The translations under genes were made by a program, and so were the position numbers. Positions 1 to 13,288 of a stretch of 64,000 nucleotides of DNA are shown one piece after another. Origin of the DNA: Marsupella aquatica (taxonomy: Eukaryota > Plantae > Marchantiophyta); NCBI GenBank assembly GCA_973895155.1, contig OZ316892.1, positions 17,040,357 through 17,104,356 of the forward strand, in the 5' to 3' direction. A model generated the notes under the pieces. It made no database searches and was not told the origin of the DNA. It saw only the letters and a list, made by a program, of their open reading frames with translations. Every line of letters begins with the position of its first letter. The stretch's first letter is position 1.

Positions 1-3000
1 ATGACCGCCATAAATTGCACAGAATTCTAAACACAGGGGAACTTGTACCTCTTCGTCTCGCTCTAGTGATCCATGACCCTGGCAAGGACGTCATAGAAGT
101 GTTAAACTCAGAAATACGTAGATCAGAAGAAGTCAGACAGCCACCATTGCTAATGATACTTCACGACCCACTGCTTGAGTTAACCATCACGGAAGGCACC
201 AAGCCAAACCATCTTCCAGTGAGCTAACGGCATATAACATACAAGGCAAGATGTTCATACAAAAACTGTAGGTATGTGAGTGCAGTGCTGTGACAGAACT
301 AATTGACCGTTTGTAATTTAATGAATCTTGGGATCTTGGGATCAATGATATTACCTCTTCCACATCCTCATTGTCAAACATGCCATAGCGATAAACTTCT
401 CTAGTTATGCTGCCTGCCATTGTCGATATGTCATAATCTTTATCACGGAAGTCGTCCTCGTCACTATCCACAGGACGTTCCTGAACAGCGGTTGGACGCC
501 TGAAGAGACCCATATCGGGACGAGAGCCCACCAGAAATATGGTCAATCAAACAGGAGATAAATTTCACGATTAAAAACAATACCGGGCTTTGATTTGACT
601 GTTAATGGAGAATGAAAAATGCTGCATATGTTCAATAGTACACCTTCCTCCAGATCACACAGCATTTATATTTTCTTGAAAGGTATACTAGCCTCCGGAT
701 GACAAAACATTAATCGATACTCGGCAGATGAATTCGAATTTCATTTCATGTCAAACGTACTTACCCGCATGTCCACTGGAAAACATTCTCCAATCTATTG
801 CGATTCTCAAGAACCGTTGTCTGCCACTCACTCCATCTGGGGTCGGCCTGAAGATGATTCCAAGATGCAATGATGACTCTAATCAGAAAGGAATGATAAG
901 TAAATCTCCAAGAGCTACAGAATTCTTTACTGTGCCATGACAGCCAAGACCTACAGAGTTGAACGAGGTGTGTTTCTTAAATCCACAAACCTGAAGGTGG
1001 GTTTGAATCAAAGGATTGCTCGAATGAACAAATTTGTTCGCAATCCTCGTTAAGTGCCCCATGTTTCCTATTCTTGGAGGACTCTTGTTGGTAGCCGCCC
1101 TTGGCTACAAATACAACCAAGCCGTCATAAACTGTCAGAATCGTAGCCAACATAAAGCGCAAGGACATCATCCCGAACAAACTCTTAGCCACCACCATCA
1201 TCAAAAACTCTGCGTCTGTGAAGCACACTGCTCATAGTCGGCTTTTAGGCAACTCCAGCGATGCACATTATCTTTGACCGTGTCCGCAAACAAAAGAAAA
1301 GGACCAGCCTACCAAGACTCAACTTTTTGTAAAAAAAATGGTTTTTTACTTTTTACCGCTTCGAATGCCCTATGGGTGGACTCAGAGCTTGTGTCCAAGC
1401 ATAAAAGTTGGGATTTATATACAGTTACTAGAATGAATCCTAAAGTCCAGAAGTCATAGATTATGTCTCGACGACGTGAAACTATTGCCACCACCAACAA
1501 AAATCTGCTCAAGAAGCTCATGAAGACAATAGTTGCCACCTTCCTAATCAAATAAGAAACACATTCTAAAACCACGTCGAAAAGGTAAGTTTATGAACCT
1601 CTGGACGAGTGTCAGGTGCATAAGGGTTGTCATCTGCAGCAAGAATTCTTGTAATGAAATCACAGTCTTTAAAAAGGTGATCAATGAGAGCTGGGCTGTT
1701 GCTCTCTAGACAAGAGCTAATGATACTTTCCACGTGATGATGTAACATATTGTTGAACGGGTAACTGCATCCACAGACCAACATAAACATATAATGTTCG
1801 TCCGTTATGAAGACTTGAAAGGGAAACAATAATGAGTGGAATCAGGCGATAAATGGCTCAAGAGCAAGAGAAGCCAGGCGAATCCAATCACGACCGAGAG
1901 GTTTATTAAGAGCATTGCTGACTTTTGAAACATTATAGTTCTGTGATCAGCATGTTTGAAAACAAACAAGATTGATGCTTACTTGAAGAAGAGGTTCAGT
2001 ATGATTTGAATCGCCCCTAAACGGACAAGTTCCTGTCTTGCCCCCTCGCTGTTTGTTCTCAAGAGGACAGCGATGAACTCCACAATCTGGCAAATGCACA
2101 AATGGCACGAAAGATTATCATTTTCCAGGCTGCAAATTCAACAGCTCAAGTCGAGCAACAAACAAAACATCCACCAAGAACTAAGACACATTGAAAGTGG
2201 TTACTGTCTAAAGTGAGTCATACAATTTCAGCAATTGACCACAGGGCGGATAGACCTTAGACATCGCAGAATGCTATAAATTATGCCATCATCTAGAAAT
2301 TCTACGATATTATAGAAGAAGACTCCCCAAACAGTAGCCATGACAGCCTTAAGATTCTGAGACGTCCCTATGAAATAAAACATTTGGCTTCATTCTGACA
2401 GCATACATAATGTTTTCCTTGCTTGGATTTGTAAAGTTGAGAACTGTTTACTTATGTACCTTCAGTCGATGAATGCCTACAGGCGGCCTCAATTGGCCAT
2501 AGGTAGTTGGTAAAACTTTCTCATCCGTAGATACATCTAAAATTTTAAGCAAATCACCTGCAGCAACCAACGACAGAAACCCCTCCTTTGTATATCATTC
2601 CAGATGCCTGAATTCAATATTAAGCTTTAAAAAGAGTTTTGAGAGATTGTCTAGTACTCTATCGTGAACCATCTCTTGGGAAAAGATAATCCGTGATCGT
2701 CTATTTCAGTCCGAACAACTTTATTTTTGAGATACTTTCTTAACTGCAAATTCAAGATTCGTTGAACAGTAAGAAGATCTGTCTATAGCGATCCCAGAAA
2801 ACTTGATCATATACCACCATTTCTTACCAAGCCTTTGTAACATGCCCTCCACTGTCTCCGGATTAGCAGTGGGCACAGGCTCTGTAGGATGCTGGGCACG
2901 CGCTGCAGCTACTGTGGCTGCTCTCTTTGGATCCAACAGCGAAATACACACTGACAGCGAATGAATCAGAGTAGACTTTGAGCTTGGATCCTCCAGGACA

Positions 3001-6000
3001 TGATTAAATAATCTCGCAACAAACCTGCCATAACCAATCGAGGATCGACAGAAAATGTAAGAAAAACCCAAGAGATGCAAGCTTATTTGAGAGCTGCACT
3101 AAAACATAAGCGGGGTTTTCCTACGACAGCATTATGAATTCTAAGACATTGAATAAACCTTCTTTCAGAGTGAGTGAAGGTGCAAACTTTGGACTGGCAA
3201 GCTTGGAGGCAAGAGCTGAAGGAGCAATGCGAGTAACTGCTGCTAAAGTCTCTGCAGCATTGGCATGTACTTCAGAAGAGTGCTGCATATACAAACCCTT
3301 CGTAAGTAATAAACCATCCTCGGCTATGAGAGCCGATAGCCAGTACAACCTCACCGAGAAATCATATCTGCACTAACAACTGACAACTGACAACTGACAA
3401 AATTTGCAGATCAAGGGCGGTCCGTATCTTCAACGTTAGAGCGCAGTTTTCTACGAAGCATCGTCGAGGGTTACAACAGTAAGACTGAACTACTTTCCAG
3501 ACGGAGGGACAAAAGGAGTACCGGTGGACTAAGCTTGTCAACCAGCGTCTCAAGGAGATCAGTGTCTGCCAGCCATTGTAGGGCATCTGCATGAAATGCA
3601 TATATATGCTCATCGGCTCCTACAAGCCTCACCAAAACCTGCAACACCAGCAGAGCTCGAATGAAGATCACTACCCTGTCTTCACAAGCTCACGGCGCAT
3701 TCACTGCACTACTCAATTAACCTTTTTTCCTTAGCACAAAGGACGGCAACAGTGATTAGGATTCAACCACCCTCATCGGATTCCCATGCACCGACTACAC
3801 CATACTACTAAAATCACCTTGCTTTCATCACACCGGAGGTATTTCAGCACGAACCACAGGTTGTGGCTGCAGTTCATACTTCGACACAGTTGAAGCCCAA
3901 CATAATACACCTAGCAATTCAGGACTCGTGCGGGCGACATAACTAACCTACCATCTTCTTAACGTCTAAAGCTTCATTCATTCAGGGCGATGCATATATT
4001 TAGGAACACTTTACTTATATTTAGGACCAAGTGCATCAGCAAAATAAAAGATAACAGATGCGAAAAGTAACGAACCTCCATAATTGATGTGATTCCAATA
4101 AGATCCACCAATTTTTTTAGAATCTCCTGATGAGCCTGCCAGATTCGACGAGATACACGGAAATCAGACTTCACTTAAAAGACTGGACAGCAAGCTTGAT
4201 CGAGGACACAAAACACCATGAAGAAAAGCTTGCAGGCACATGCTTTCAAATCTAACCATCAAATCAGGTTTAAAAACTTACCCGTAGGTAGCGCATGACT
4301 AAAACTGTCTTCCTAAGGAGTAAGCAAATGACGACCTGACAAGAAAGCAACCATTTCAACGCCAATTCGGTCACGGAGAATATTGTACAATCTCAAAGTA
4401 GAGCATTAAAACAGCAGTAAATCGCACAAACTAATCATAACAAAGTAAGTACATGCACTATGACCACCCATAATAAGCTAAATTTCAATAATCAGGAAAG
4501 TTGTTCAACACGACCATCACGGTACGGATAACACTCGAAGACATTACAATGTATGTGTAATCCATTACCAAACGATGCCCCGTTACTTGTACAGTTTTAA
4601 AGAGTCTTGTAAAAAAACCAACGGTGACCCTCTGACCTTTGAAAAAACAGGGCAACTCTCTCAAGTACAAACACATACCTTACTAAAGTACCCAGCCAGT
4701 AAAGTCCCATGAGGCCGGCTAGGATCCAAAAAGGAGAAGAGCATGTTCATAAGCTGAGACAAATACAATAGGTCAATCAACCTGGCAGAAGTGAATACCA
4801 AGCATGAATGCCCAGATACCGAATCAACAAGTGCTTCAGCAAATTGCAAGATGACGGTTAGAACACACATAAGATCCAATCAGGTAAGATTAACAATCCT
4901 GCGGATCATAGATGGCCATATTGAAACCCGTAACGGGTGGAAAACGGGATCCTGGTGAGGTGCTATGATAAGCCCGTGTCTCAAAGCCAAAAAAGATCAA
5001 TTTTCCTAACAATAAAGCTCCTCAACTACAATATCAGAACCAGCGTATATACCTCTTCGTCTTCGCCAAGGGTCTTAAAAATAACATCAATCTCGCAAGT
5101 GAAAACTTCACAAGCGATGAAAGGAAATCTGCATGCAAATTTTTACACATCAAGCTCACGTATGGTACTGGACGCAATCGGTTAAGAGTTCAGGTGTTAA
5201 GAGTTAAGAGTTCAGAGTTCAGGTTCACAGTTCATTGCAGATGCGCAACATCATTTCAATAGCCCTTCAGCATCCAGGTTCAAGGACAGAATGGCAAGTA
5301 CAACAAGATGATCGGGCTCTTTGAAAGTATGGGGTCTACATGTGCTCTTCAAGCAGGCCCTTGTTCCATGAAGTAGCTATCACTTACTTAAATGCCCGCT
5401 TATCCTCAGCTCCCTCAGGTGGCTCTTCTATGACATATCGAAGCATCTGCTGCACTTGTGCCTTGCCACGAAGACTGAAGACAATCGACGAAGCAAGTGG
5501 TGGTTTAGTTCTCGAGTCATACCAAAGTTCTTTACTCAAATGAGATTCAAAAGTCTTCAGAAAGCAGTGGATTACTTAAATCATGCTTGCCTTGTAAAGT
5601 AAAAAGAGTCATGACATCATTCCCTCTCCTCACCATCACACTCCCCATGGAAAGACTACGAAGCATCTGAGGAATCACAATAACGGCACCCCGGGGAACT
5701 CACAAGTTGATGAGGCGGCTGTTGAGAGCCTTGCATTCCTGAATAATCTCATCCTCATCGAGAAGCTCCTCGAGGGTGTAGACTTCTTTGTCAAGAACTG
5801 ACTCAACCTGCAAACAAGGAAGTATATCATCAGTACAAATAATCGCAAGACCAATCTGTTCTGCTAGTTCACCAAACCATCGGCATCGAGAAAGTAACGT
5901 TCTCTGACAGCATCTTATCATTCGGGAAATAAAGGGACGTCAATATGCCACCGGCCCCATTCATCTAACAAAGGATTTCAAAAATGCCACTCTGACCATA

Positions 6001-7053
6001 TTGACGTGCACGCAGTACTTGATACCTACAACCACAGGTAAGCTATAGGAGATGGTGAGGATAATAGAGACAGAGAGGCAAACTCGCAGAGAATTGCTGC
6101 ATTCACTGAAACCTTGACTGAATAGAAGACCGAAAGAAGGATGTCCATTCACTTCGATTCTCTAACGTTGGCAATGATGATCTTTATCCAAGGCTGGCCA
6201 GAGCGTCTTGCGGGTTGATGTGTGACTGAGATCTTGAAAACAATTCAGAAAATAACCAAACTTGACTCAAATCTAAAAAGTAAATCGTCGTAAGCCCGAT
6301 ATGAGCTTTATAGCGAAGTGGAAATCGACCCGACTATCGCTCAGGAGAGTAGTAACCCAGTCAGAAATAAGCTCCTAGTTGGATCTGGGGACATAGCTAT
6401 CTGTCAATGATCGACCGACTAAATGTACCGAAAGAAATACAATGCATCAAAGCAAGCCATGCCCAGGCCGCACTTCAACGAAACAAACTCTTCAAACGCG
6501 GGAAATTCCCTTGAGCACAGGTGCGCACGATGGGAGATAATAATTACATATAGCAGTCTATTGCAGGTGCTAAGAGAAGGACAGTAAATACAGCTTAGCA
6601 GTCATACGAAGAGAACTACTCGAGAAGGCCTTTCTTAGAGGTAGTAATTACAGTTCAGAGCTGAACCCTACGTCGTATCCAAGGACAGCAAAATATTACC
6701 ATGCCAGGGCTGCTGAAATAACGATTGAAGAATGCCATTTGTGACACAAATAAACTAGGAGTCTAATGGCTGATCGCCCGAGCCGAAATCACTGCAATCT
6801 TCTTGTTGACAGTGCAATGGCGTTCCACCCAACCAACATGCGAACTCTGGATAGTAAACGAGACGGACACAGGTGCTACGAGATATTACAATGCGTACGA
6901 AGTAGGCCGAGTCGCGAAGGAACAAAAAGGCGAAAAACTGACAAACTGAACGGTTGTCTGAAAAACCAGACAATAGATCCAGATAATTAGAGGTGAAAAA
7001 AAAATGAGACTTACAGGAGAGGTAGTAGATAGTCCAGCCACGCGCCAAAACAT
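1..7053 (-). CDS. SIT4 phosphatase-associated (SAPS) domain protein / PP6 regulatory subunit; at least 17 coding exons, 3' end beyond window start
   Basis: Exons with GT-AG borders give the plant SAPS sequence: 7053-7015 MFWRVAGLSTTSP; 5807-5704 VESVLDKEVYTLEELLDEDEIIQECKALNSRLIN; ~5474-5388; ~5128-5053 FPFIACEVFTCEID; ~4754-4679 HGTLLAGYFSK; ~4336-4282; ~4135-4076 LVDLIGITSIME; ~3638-3522; ~3282-3188 SSEVHANAAETL; ~3024-2828; ~2557-2460; ~2086-1983; ~1764-1599 YPFNNMLHHHVE; ~1099-990 RIGNMGHLTRIAN; ~850-765; ~499-351; 78-49 GHGSLERDEE. Confidence 0.93.
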
Positions 7054-10000
7054 TTTCTTCCAAAACCGTGCAATGTCGGAGAGACTTCCAAGTCTAAGCA
7101 GGAATACCAAGAGCTTGATGGTGACAGATACAAAGACAGGGAATAGAAAGATTTCCTGCCGCTTTCCTCGCCACAGAAGCCGAACAGAGGTAAAATCCTA
7201 GATCTGAACTGGAACTTCCGCTGCTCAAAGCCAGAAGCACTCGAATTATCTTCTGCCAGAAAACACGTAGAAGCCAGAAACAAGGTCCTAATATCAGGGC
7301 GAAAGTCGGACGTTGGCCTCAACAATTCCAGCGATTTCAATCAGACTTTTTCTTCCTCCCTGTTATCCTAATGGCCTCCTGCCTGCCCTCCACCAGGTCC
7401 CTCCCCAGCAATCGTCTTAGCCTCACACTCATCCCCTTACGTAGCCGAAAGTTATCGCTTCCCCTACCTATGCTCGACCGAAGTACCTCCCTCGTGAGAA
7501 GCAGCACTCCTAAGCAAATTCCAAATTTCCAGTCTGCCGACTTCTCCAACCTGTGACCTGGCCTCACGTCGTCTGTGTGAGAGAAATGACCCAGTTGACC
7601 CGACTCTACCGATCGCAACCTTCCCACATAGCCATGAAATCGTTCTCCGTCCGCAAACCCTAAAATGAACCACACTCTCGTGTCAGCTGAGGCGCAATTG
7701 GCATCCGATCGACGTCCTCGCTTCTCAATGGCTGTCTATCGCGATCGCCCGCTCGCAAGACCAGAGATTACTCGCAACCACACCCTCCGCCTCAATTGAT
7801 CGCCAGCCAGCCAATTGACTGCCCCCGCGTTCTGCTCACTAGCTGGCTGGCTGGCTGGCCTGCAAGAGAAGCAGAAGAGAAGAGGTGGCAGACAGAAAGC
7901 GAGACAGAAACGAGGCAAACATACGACGGAATCACGACAACGAGCGCAAGGGAAACGCCTGTGATGCACACGGACTCGACTGGCGCACGATGCAGCAAAA
8001 TCAGCCTTTCGAGTGTAACGAAATGCGAGCGAGGAGTGCAGATTCCGATGGCGCAACAGCGAGCGAACAACAATATGGATGTAACAAAAAGCACGGGATC
8101 ACGGGACCGACGATACGATCGCTTGGGTGAACCAGCCAGCCAGCATTGGCGCTTACGGTACGATGGGCGACACCGTGGAGACGGGAGAAAGGTAGGCACT
8201 AGGCCAGGTACCCAGAGGGTGAGATGGGGGTGGGGGACGAAGGAAGGCTAGGGTCTCCTGGAGCGAGTAAGGGAGAATACCCCTGCCAGACCTACGGTAC
8301 TGAATGGCGGCAGAAGCACCGTCCCTAACCAGCAAGACACCAGAGCAACCTCTCTAGCATCTGTGTCCCTCGTTCACTGGCGTAGCCTGGTCTAGACTTT
8401 TCCCATCCCGTGGCCGGGCCCCGCGGTGTGTGCTGTCGGTCTCTCCACCGGGCTGGTCGGTCAGCCTGTCCCTTGCTGGGCATCTCCTCTAAACTCGTAG
8501 TACACTACGGTAGTACTGTAGTCGTCTTCTTGCTATCCGATACATACATTGCCAGATGGAGTACAATGACTTAGCACGTCTTTTATCTTTCTCGAAAAAG
8601 GCAACTTTACTGAAAACGAGGGAGACTTATTACATAGTCTGGCCAAGGCTGGTGGTTGGTGGTGGAGATCAAGGCCCCAAAACCTAGCTCCTACCAAACA
8701 CTGCCGGCAAAGACTTGTATTCCGAACCTTGGCTCTGCAGACTGGGTTTTGGCTTGCGGGCTTTAGCAATGGAGGTGCTTTCAGGACTAATTGGGCCTCT
8801 CAAAGCTTCATGTTATGGTTCATGGAATTAGCCATGAAGAAGTGACAATAACTTTTTTCCTGGGATTACGAAAAATAATGTTTTGGGAATGAGGGTAGCT
8901 CTACCGTGACTTACGGTCATGCCAATATGATGATTCTTTACAGAAAAATGTTATGGATTACTAATCTGGTAGTCTCTAACCATAAGCCACTGGTTAAGCT
9001 ACATCAAATTCTGAGGTTAGAGACCTCCTGATAGAGAGTCACTCTTGGTAAGGTTTTTTGGTCACGAACCGAGAAGAGTTTTCTAGATTGCAGACCTGAT
9101 CGTTGTGAAACATTTTATAGATTTTATTAATCAATTTACTAATTGTCAATGGACGTTCACTGTAATTTGCACAAAAAATCTTGTTTTCGTTTATTGTGAG
9201 GGGGCAGAAGGGAGGCCCGCCCCACAAAAAAGGCGTGCGAACAGGCATAAGACGCCGGGCAGGAGAAAACCCAAATTTCATTTCATCAAACTAGGATCAA
9301 AGAAGCTTGTTGCAATTTTGGAAACAATCTGCAGAACCGAAACATTTCCTCGCGACTTGGGCCATGTAGGCATCAGAAAATTGCTTAGCCAGCTCAAGTG
9401 TACCAATGAAAGAAATAGTTGAAATTCGCAACCACATGAAGTCACTGTGGGCCACGACAGAGCTGTATCTGGTGGCACTCGTGGTGTTCTGTTGCTGTCT
9501 TTTACTCGACCTGACCTAGAAAGCTTACAGAATCTTCTTCTTTTACACTATAATATACAATCTCGGAATTTTACTTCATCGTCTTTTTACCAAACATACT
9601 TTTTGGAGTGAACTCATTATGGCTATTGGATTAGTTTCCCAGCCATGAGATCTGGTGAAAAGCATACAGACGAGCAAATCCTAGCTTGGGGCATCCATCC
9701 ACCCTACACCCACGACCTCACATCCATAAAAATATTCAAATCTGAAGGTCATTTGACATTGACAGTTGAGTTGACATGTGGCTATCATTGGGGGGGGGGG
9801 GGGGGGGGGGGGCGGCGCTGAAATGAAAATCTAAGTAGGCCTGCATTACATTCAAAAATTTTAATAATGCAAAAGAATTTAAAGTCCAATGAAAGTAGAA
9901 CACTAATGTTATTTTGCTACTCTCTCTCTATGAATAAATTTTCCAAGTTACATTGACCCTAAATCCTAATTCTCTTTTCCAACCACATCATTGACCAACT

Positions 10001-10610
10001 ACACATTGGCCCCAAGCATAAAATGGCCACATTCAATGATAAATTGATCACACTGATAAAATGGCCGCAATGACAATTGTGCAACGCACCAATGGGCTTG
10101 TGGAATATAGATTAATATAGTAATTACCTAGCTTTCTGTCTCCTTAAACCACCAATCGCTGTATAAAATACTCCGGGTGACCCGGAATAGTCACTCCCAA
10201 AACGCGATTGCGGTGTCTGCGGATGAGCGTCCTTCCACAGCCCTCCGATCGGGAGCCCGATCATTTTCGTCCGTTCGTCAAATGAGCCAATCTATGGCTC
10301 AAAATGCAGGTCTCTCCGAGATCTACGTCTCAGGAAAAACCAGATCTTGAAAGAGTGAAAAATGAGTGAGAAAAATGAAAAAAAACTATCCAAGCAATCT
10401 GATTGGTGGAGGCCCAAAAATTTGAATTTTGAATTTTCGGGCAGGTCGGGGCAGGGACAGGTGGCCCGAAGTACTATCGGGCGACCGGGTGAAGAAACCT
10501 GTGCGGGCATCCGCCCATAGCAGGTCAAACAAGAGCCTCGCTTGGGCCGGTTAGGATTGCTATCTTTCGGATGACTTTATGTATAGTTGATAGTAACTAT
10601 ATTTTGAAGA

Positions 10611-10683
10611 GTCCTCTTGGTTCACTGGTTAGTGCTTCTGCCTCCCAAGCAGCAGGTTCGAGGTTCAAATCCGTCTGTGGAAG
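10611..10683 (+). tRNA. tRNA-Gly(CCC)-derived sequence (pseudo-tRNA or SINE-like head) inside the Kolobok left arm
   Basis: A-box-like TGGTTCACTGG, anticodon arm CTGC-CTCCCAA-GCAG, B box GGTTCAAATCC. The acceptor stem pairs poorly. A more degenerate homologue lies in copy 2 at ~30193-30265. Confidence 0.55.
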
Positions 10684-10999
10684 ATGTGCATGTTTTGCAT
10701 CTGAAATTGCTCTCCCCTCTCCCTATTGGGGGTGCCAAAAGAGATAAAAACAGCCGCCACCTCAAGGTCTTCCTAGGGTTTCAGGTAGGTGTACGTACCA
10801 GGCAGTGGGGAGCAGGGGCATGAGGGCAAAAGGGGCAATGTGGGTACACAATGCCTCATTTGCACATTGACTTCCCAAGGTACTTTTTCTTTTCTCTTGT
10901 CTTTCCCTTTGTATTTGCCCATTCATTTATTTTTGTCAATTTATTTTTTGTTTTACCGGGTTTGGCTTGGCATCCGGGTCTGTTGTAGAGGTTAGGGGT

Positions 11000-13288
11000 A
11001 TTCTCTTGGAGGAGGACATTGCTGAGCAATATGCTTCGGATGCGGAAGATGAAGAATTATATCGCGAGGATGATCCAGATACTCTTGTGGCTTTAGGAGC
11101 AAACATCAATGTGGATGAGGGAGACTTCCAAGTATGAATCCTCTCCTTCCACCACTCTAGTATGCAAAGTTCATTTTTTATAATTATAAACAAAAGAGAA
11201 AATATTTGACCACCAAGTTTGTGGGTTTCTTGTACCAGGAGCCATCCATTGTCCCTGACTCTCAACCTACAGGAGCGGCTCCAACCGTTGACCCTTTGCC
11301 TTCGCTAGTTCTTGACTCTCAGCCTACAGGACCTCCGGACACACTACCGACTCGTAGAGCAGCACCTCATCTTCCAACTACAGTTGCATTTTTTGATCGC
11401 AACCTGGTGGCTACTTTTGTCATATACATGGATGTTTGAGGACTCCGAGAGTTGAGCGAGTGACCGAGTTGCATCAACTTTGGTCAATTCACATTGGATA
11501 TGGGGAGGGTGGTCATGGTTGGACTTATATTACAGGCGAGAATGAGCCTGGGAGGTCATCTCCTATGATTACCCCCCAGTTGTATCATTCCACCCTTTGT
11601 GCAGGCCTCACCTATACCTCTTTGGCTGTTGTTGTAGCACACATTGGCTTACATGTTCCTACTGTAGCTCATTGGCACGACTTTCAAAGTGGTCGTGGAC
11701 GTCCTCGGGGTGGATGGATAGCAGCTGTAAAACAACAATGGAATGAAAACAAAAGTCATATGTGGCAGCAGCTAAAGGATGACATTGAGCAACGCCGAGC
11801 AACTAACACTGGTAAGTAATTGACTGTTATAGATCCTACTTGATTTTTTTGGGTACTCAAGGGTTATGCTCTTCTTACCAATTTTTTGGTTTGATTTGGT
11901 TCTCATAGTTTGTATATATGCTTTGAAATGACAGACCCTGGATTAGTGGTGTACTTGGATACTCGATGGGATTCTTCGAGGAGCGATTATCATGGTACCA
12001 CCTCTCTCCTCAATGTTGAAGATAATAGGGTAATTGAGATGGTTACAATTACCAGGAGAGAAGAGAGAAATGCTTGGCACATGGAGGACAAGGGTACTCA
12101 AAGGGCACTGGATAATTTGAGAGAGGCAGGGATCTCTATCACTGAGGTCATCCATGACGACAAGGCCACTATTGATAACATTGTGGAGAACATGGGAATT
12201 AGGAACCAGAAAGACTTGTGGCATAAAGCCAAAAACCTTATCAAGAAGTTCGTGGACAAGATGGTGAGTGCCACCTACACTTTGACCATTGACATTGATA
12301 CAGCTGCATCCCGTTCTGAGTTGCAAGCAGTTACAGCTAAGAAGTTGCAGGACTGGTTGAAGGCTAGGGGTGTGAGAGGGTACTTTGCCCTTAGGAAGGA
12401 AGCACTGGTCCATAAAGTTGGGGACATGTGTGGGTTGCCACCTAGAGAACTAATACATATTCCAACACGTGGCCTCAAGTACCCAGAGCTGTCTCAACAC
12501 AACATTGCCACAAAGTTGAAGACATGGTTCTATGTATGTTGTCGGCGATGTAAGAGCAGGTATGCATAATATTGGATAAGGTGTGAATTTTGGGGTTTTA
12601 CATTTGTAGGTGTACTAAGTGTGGGATGGGTTTACATATTATTTCACAAGACTAAGTAATTGGAATGTCCATTATGCAGTGGGGGAGATGCTGCATCCTT
12701 GGCCTTTGAGTTGGGTAACTGTGGTGATCATTGGGCCGGCGATCACAGATTATGTGCGAGACTATCTGATCAACCATGTCAGCATCTTGAGGAGCCTGGG
12801 GCCATCCAGCTTGACCGTTACTATGAGAATGGTAAACCTTGTGTTGACCTATGTAATTCTGTTGTGAAATATGACTTGGTTAGGTAAGCAAGATTGCCTG
12901 TTATACATGACTTATTATTTGACTTTTTTTTGTACATGTAGGTGGCGAGACTCATAAGGCCATGCAAAAGTTTCTGAAAAAATATATTACTCCCGAGAAG
13001 ATGAGGTTTTATACCATGGCCCGGGAGAATTTCATGTCAGAGACTTACCATTCCATGATGGGCAAATATGCGACAAAGCGCATTCATTTCTCAGCCAGTC
13101 ACGAGGCCCGTTTGTGTTGTGCTGCCATGGATTGGAACAAGAATATCAGAAGGCATGTCTGGAAGGTATATGCTCGCACACCCGTGAACACTGCTGTCAG
13201 GGAGCGCCCTCCTCGAACACGAGTATTGGTGGACCGGACCACTAGTTGGAAGGACGCAACCAGTGAACGCATTTATGGAGTATCATGA
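11000..13288 (+). pseudogene. Kolobok-type DDE transposase, spliced, 5'-truncated and frameshifted
   Basis: Exons ~11000-11132, 11239-11811, ~11936-12560, ~12680-12831, ~12942-13288. Motifs VYLDTRWDS..HGT, MEDKG..RAL..L, VIHDD, DLWHKAKNL and SETYHSMMGKYATKRIHFS..HEARL..AAMDWN match the Kolobok transposase pattern. SAP-like segment ELQAVTAKKLQDWLKARGVRGY..LRKEALV. Confidence 0.8.

Noticed and set aside
7337-8335. Overlapping ORFs upstream of the SAPS gene
   Set aside because: GC-rich promoter/5' UTR sequence with no recognisable protein motifs.
9789-9812. 24-nt poly-G run
   Set aside because: Simple homopolymer with no associated structure; its length is unreliable in assemblies.
10611-10683. 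Functional tRNA-Gly gene
   Set aside because: The acceptor stem does not pair well and the copy-2 homologue has box mutations; kept only as tRNA-derived.
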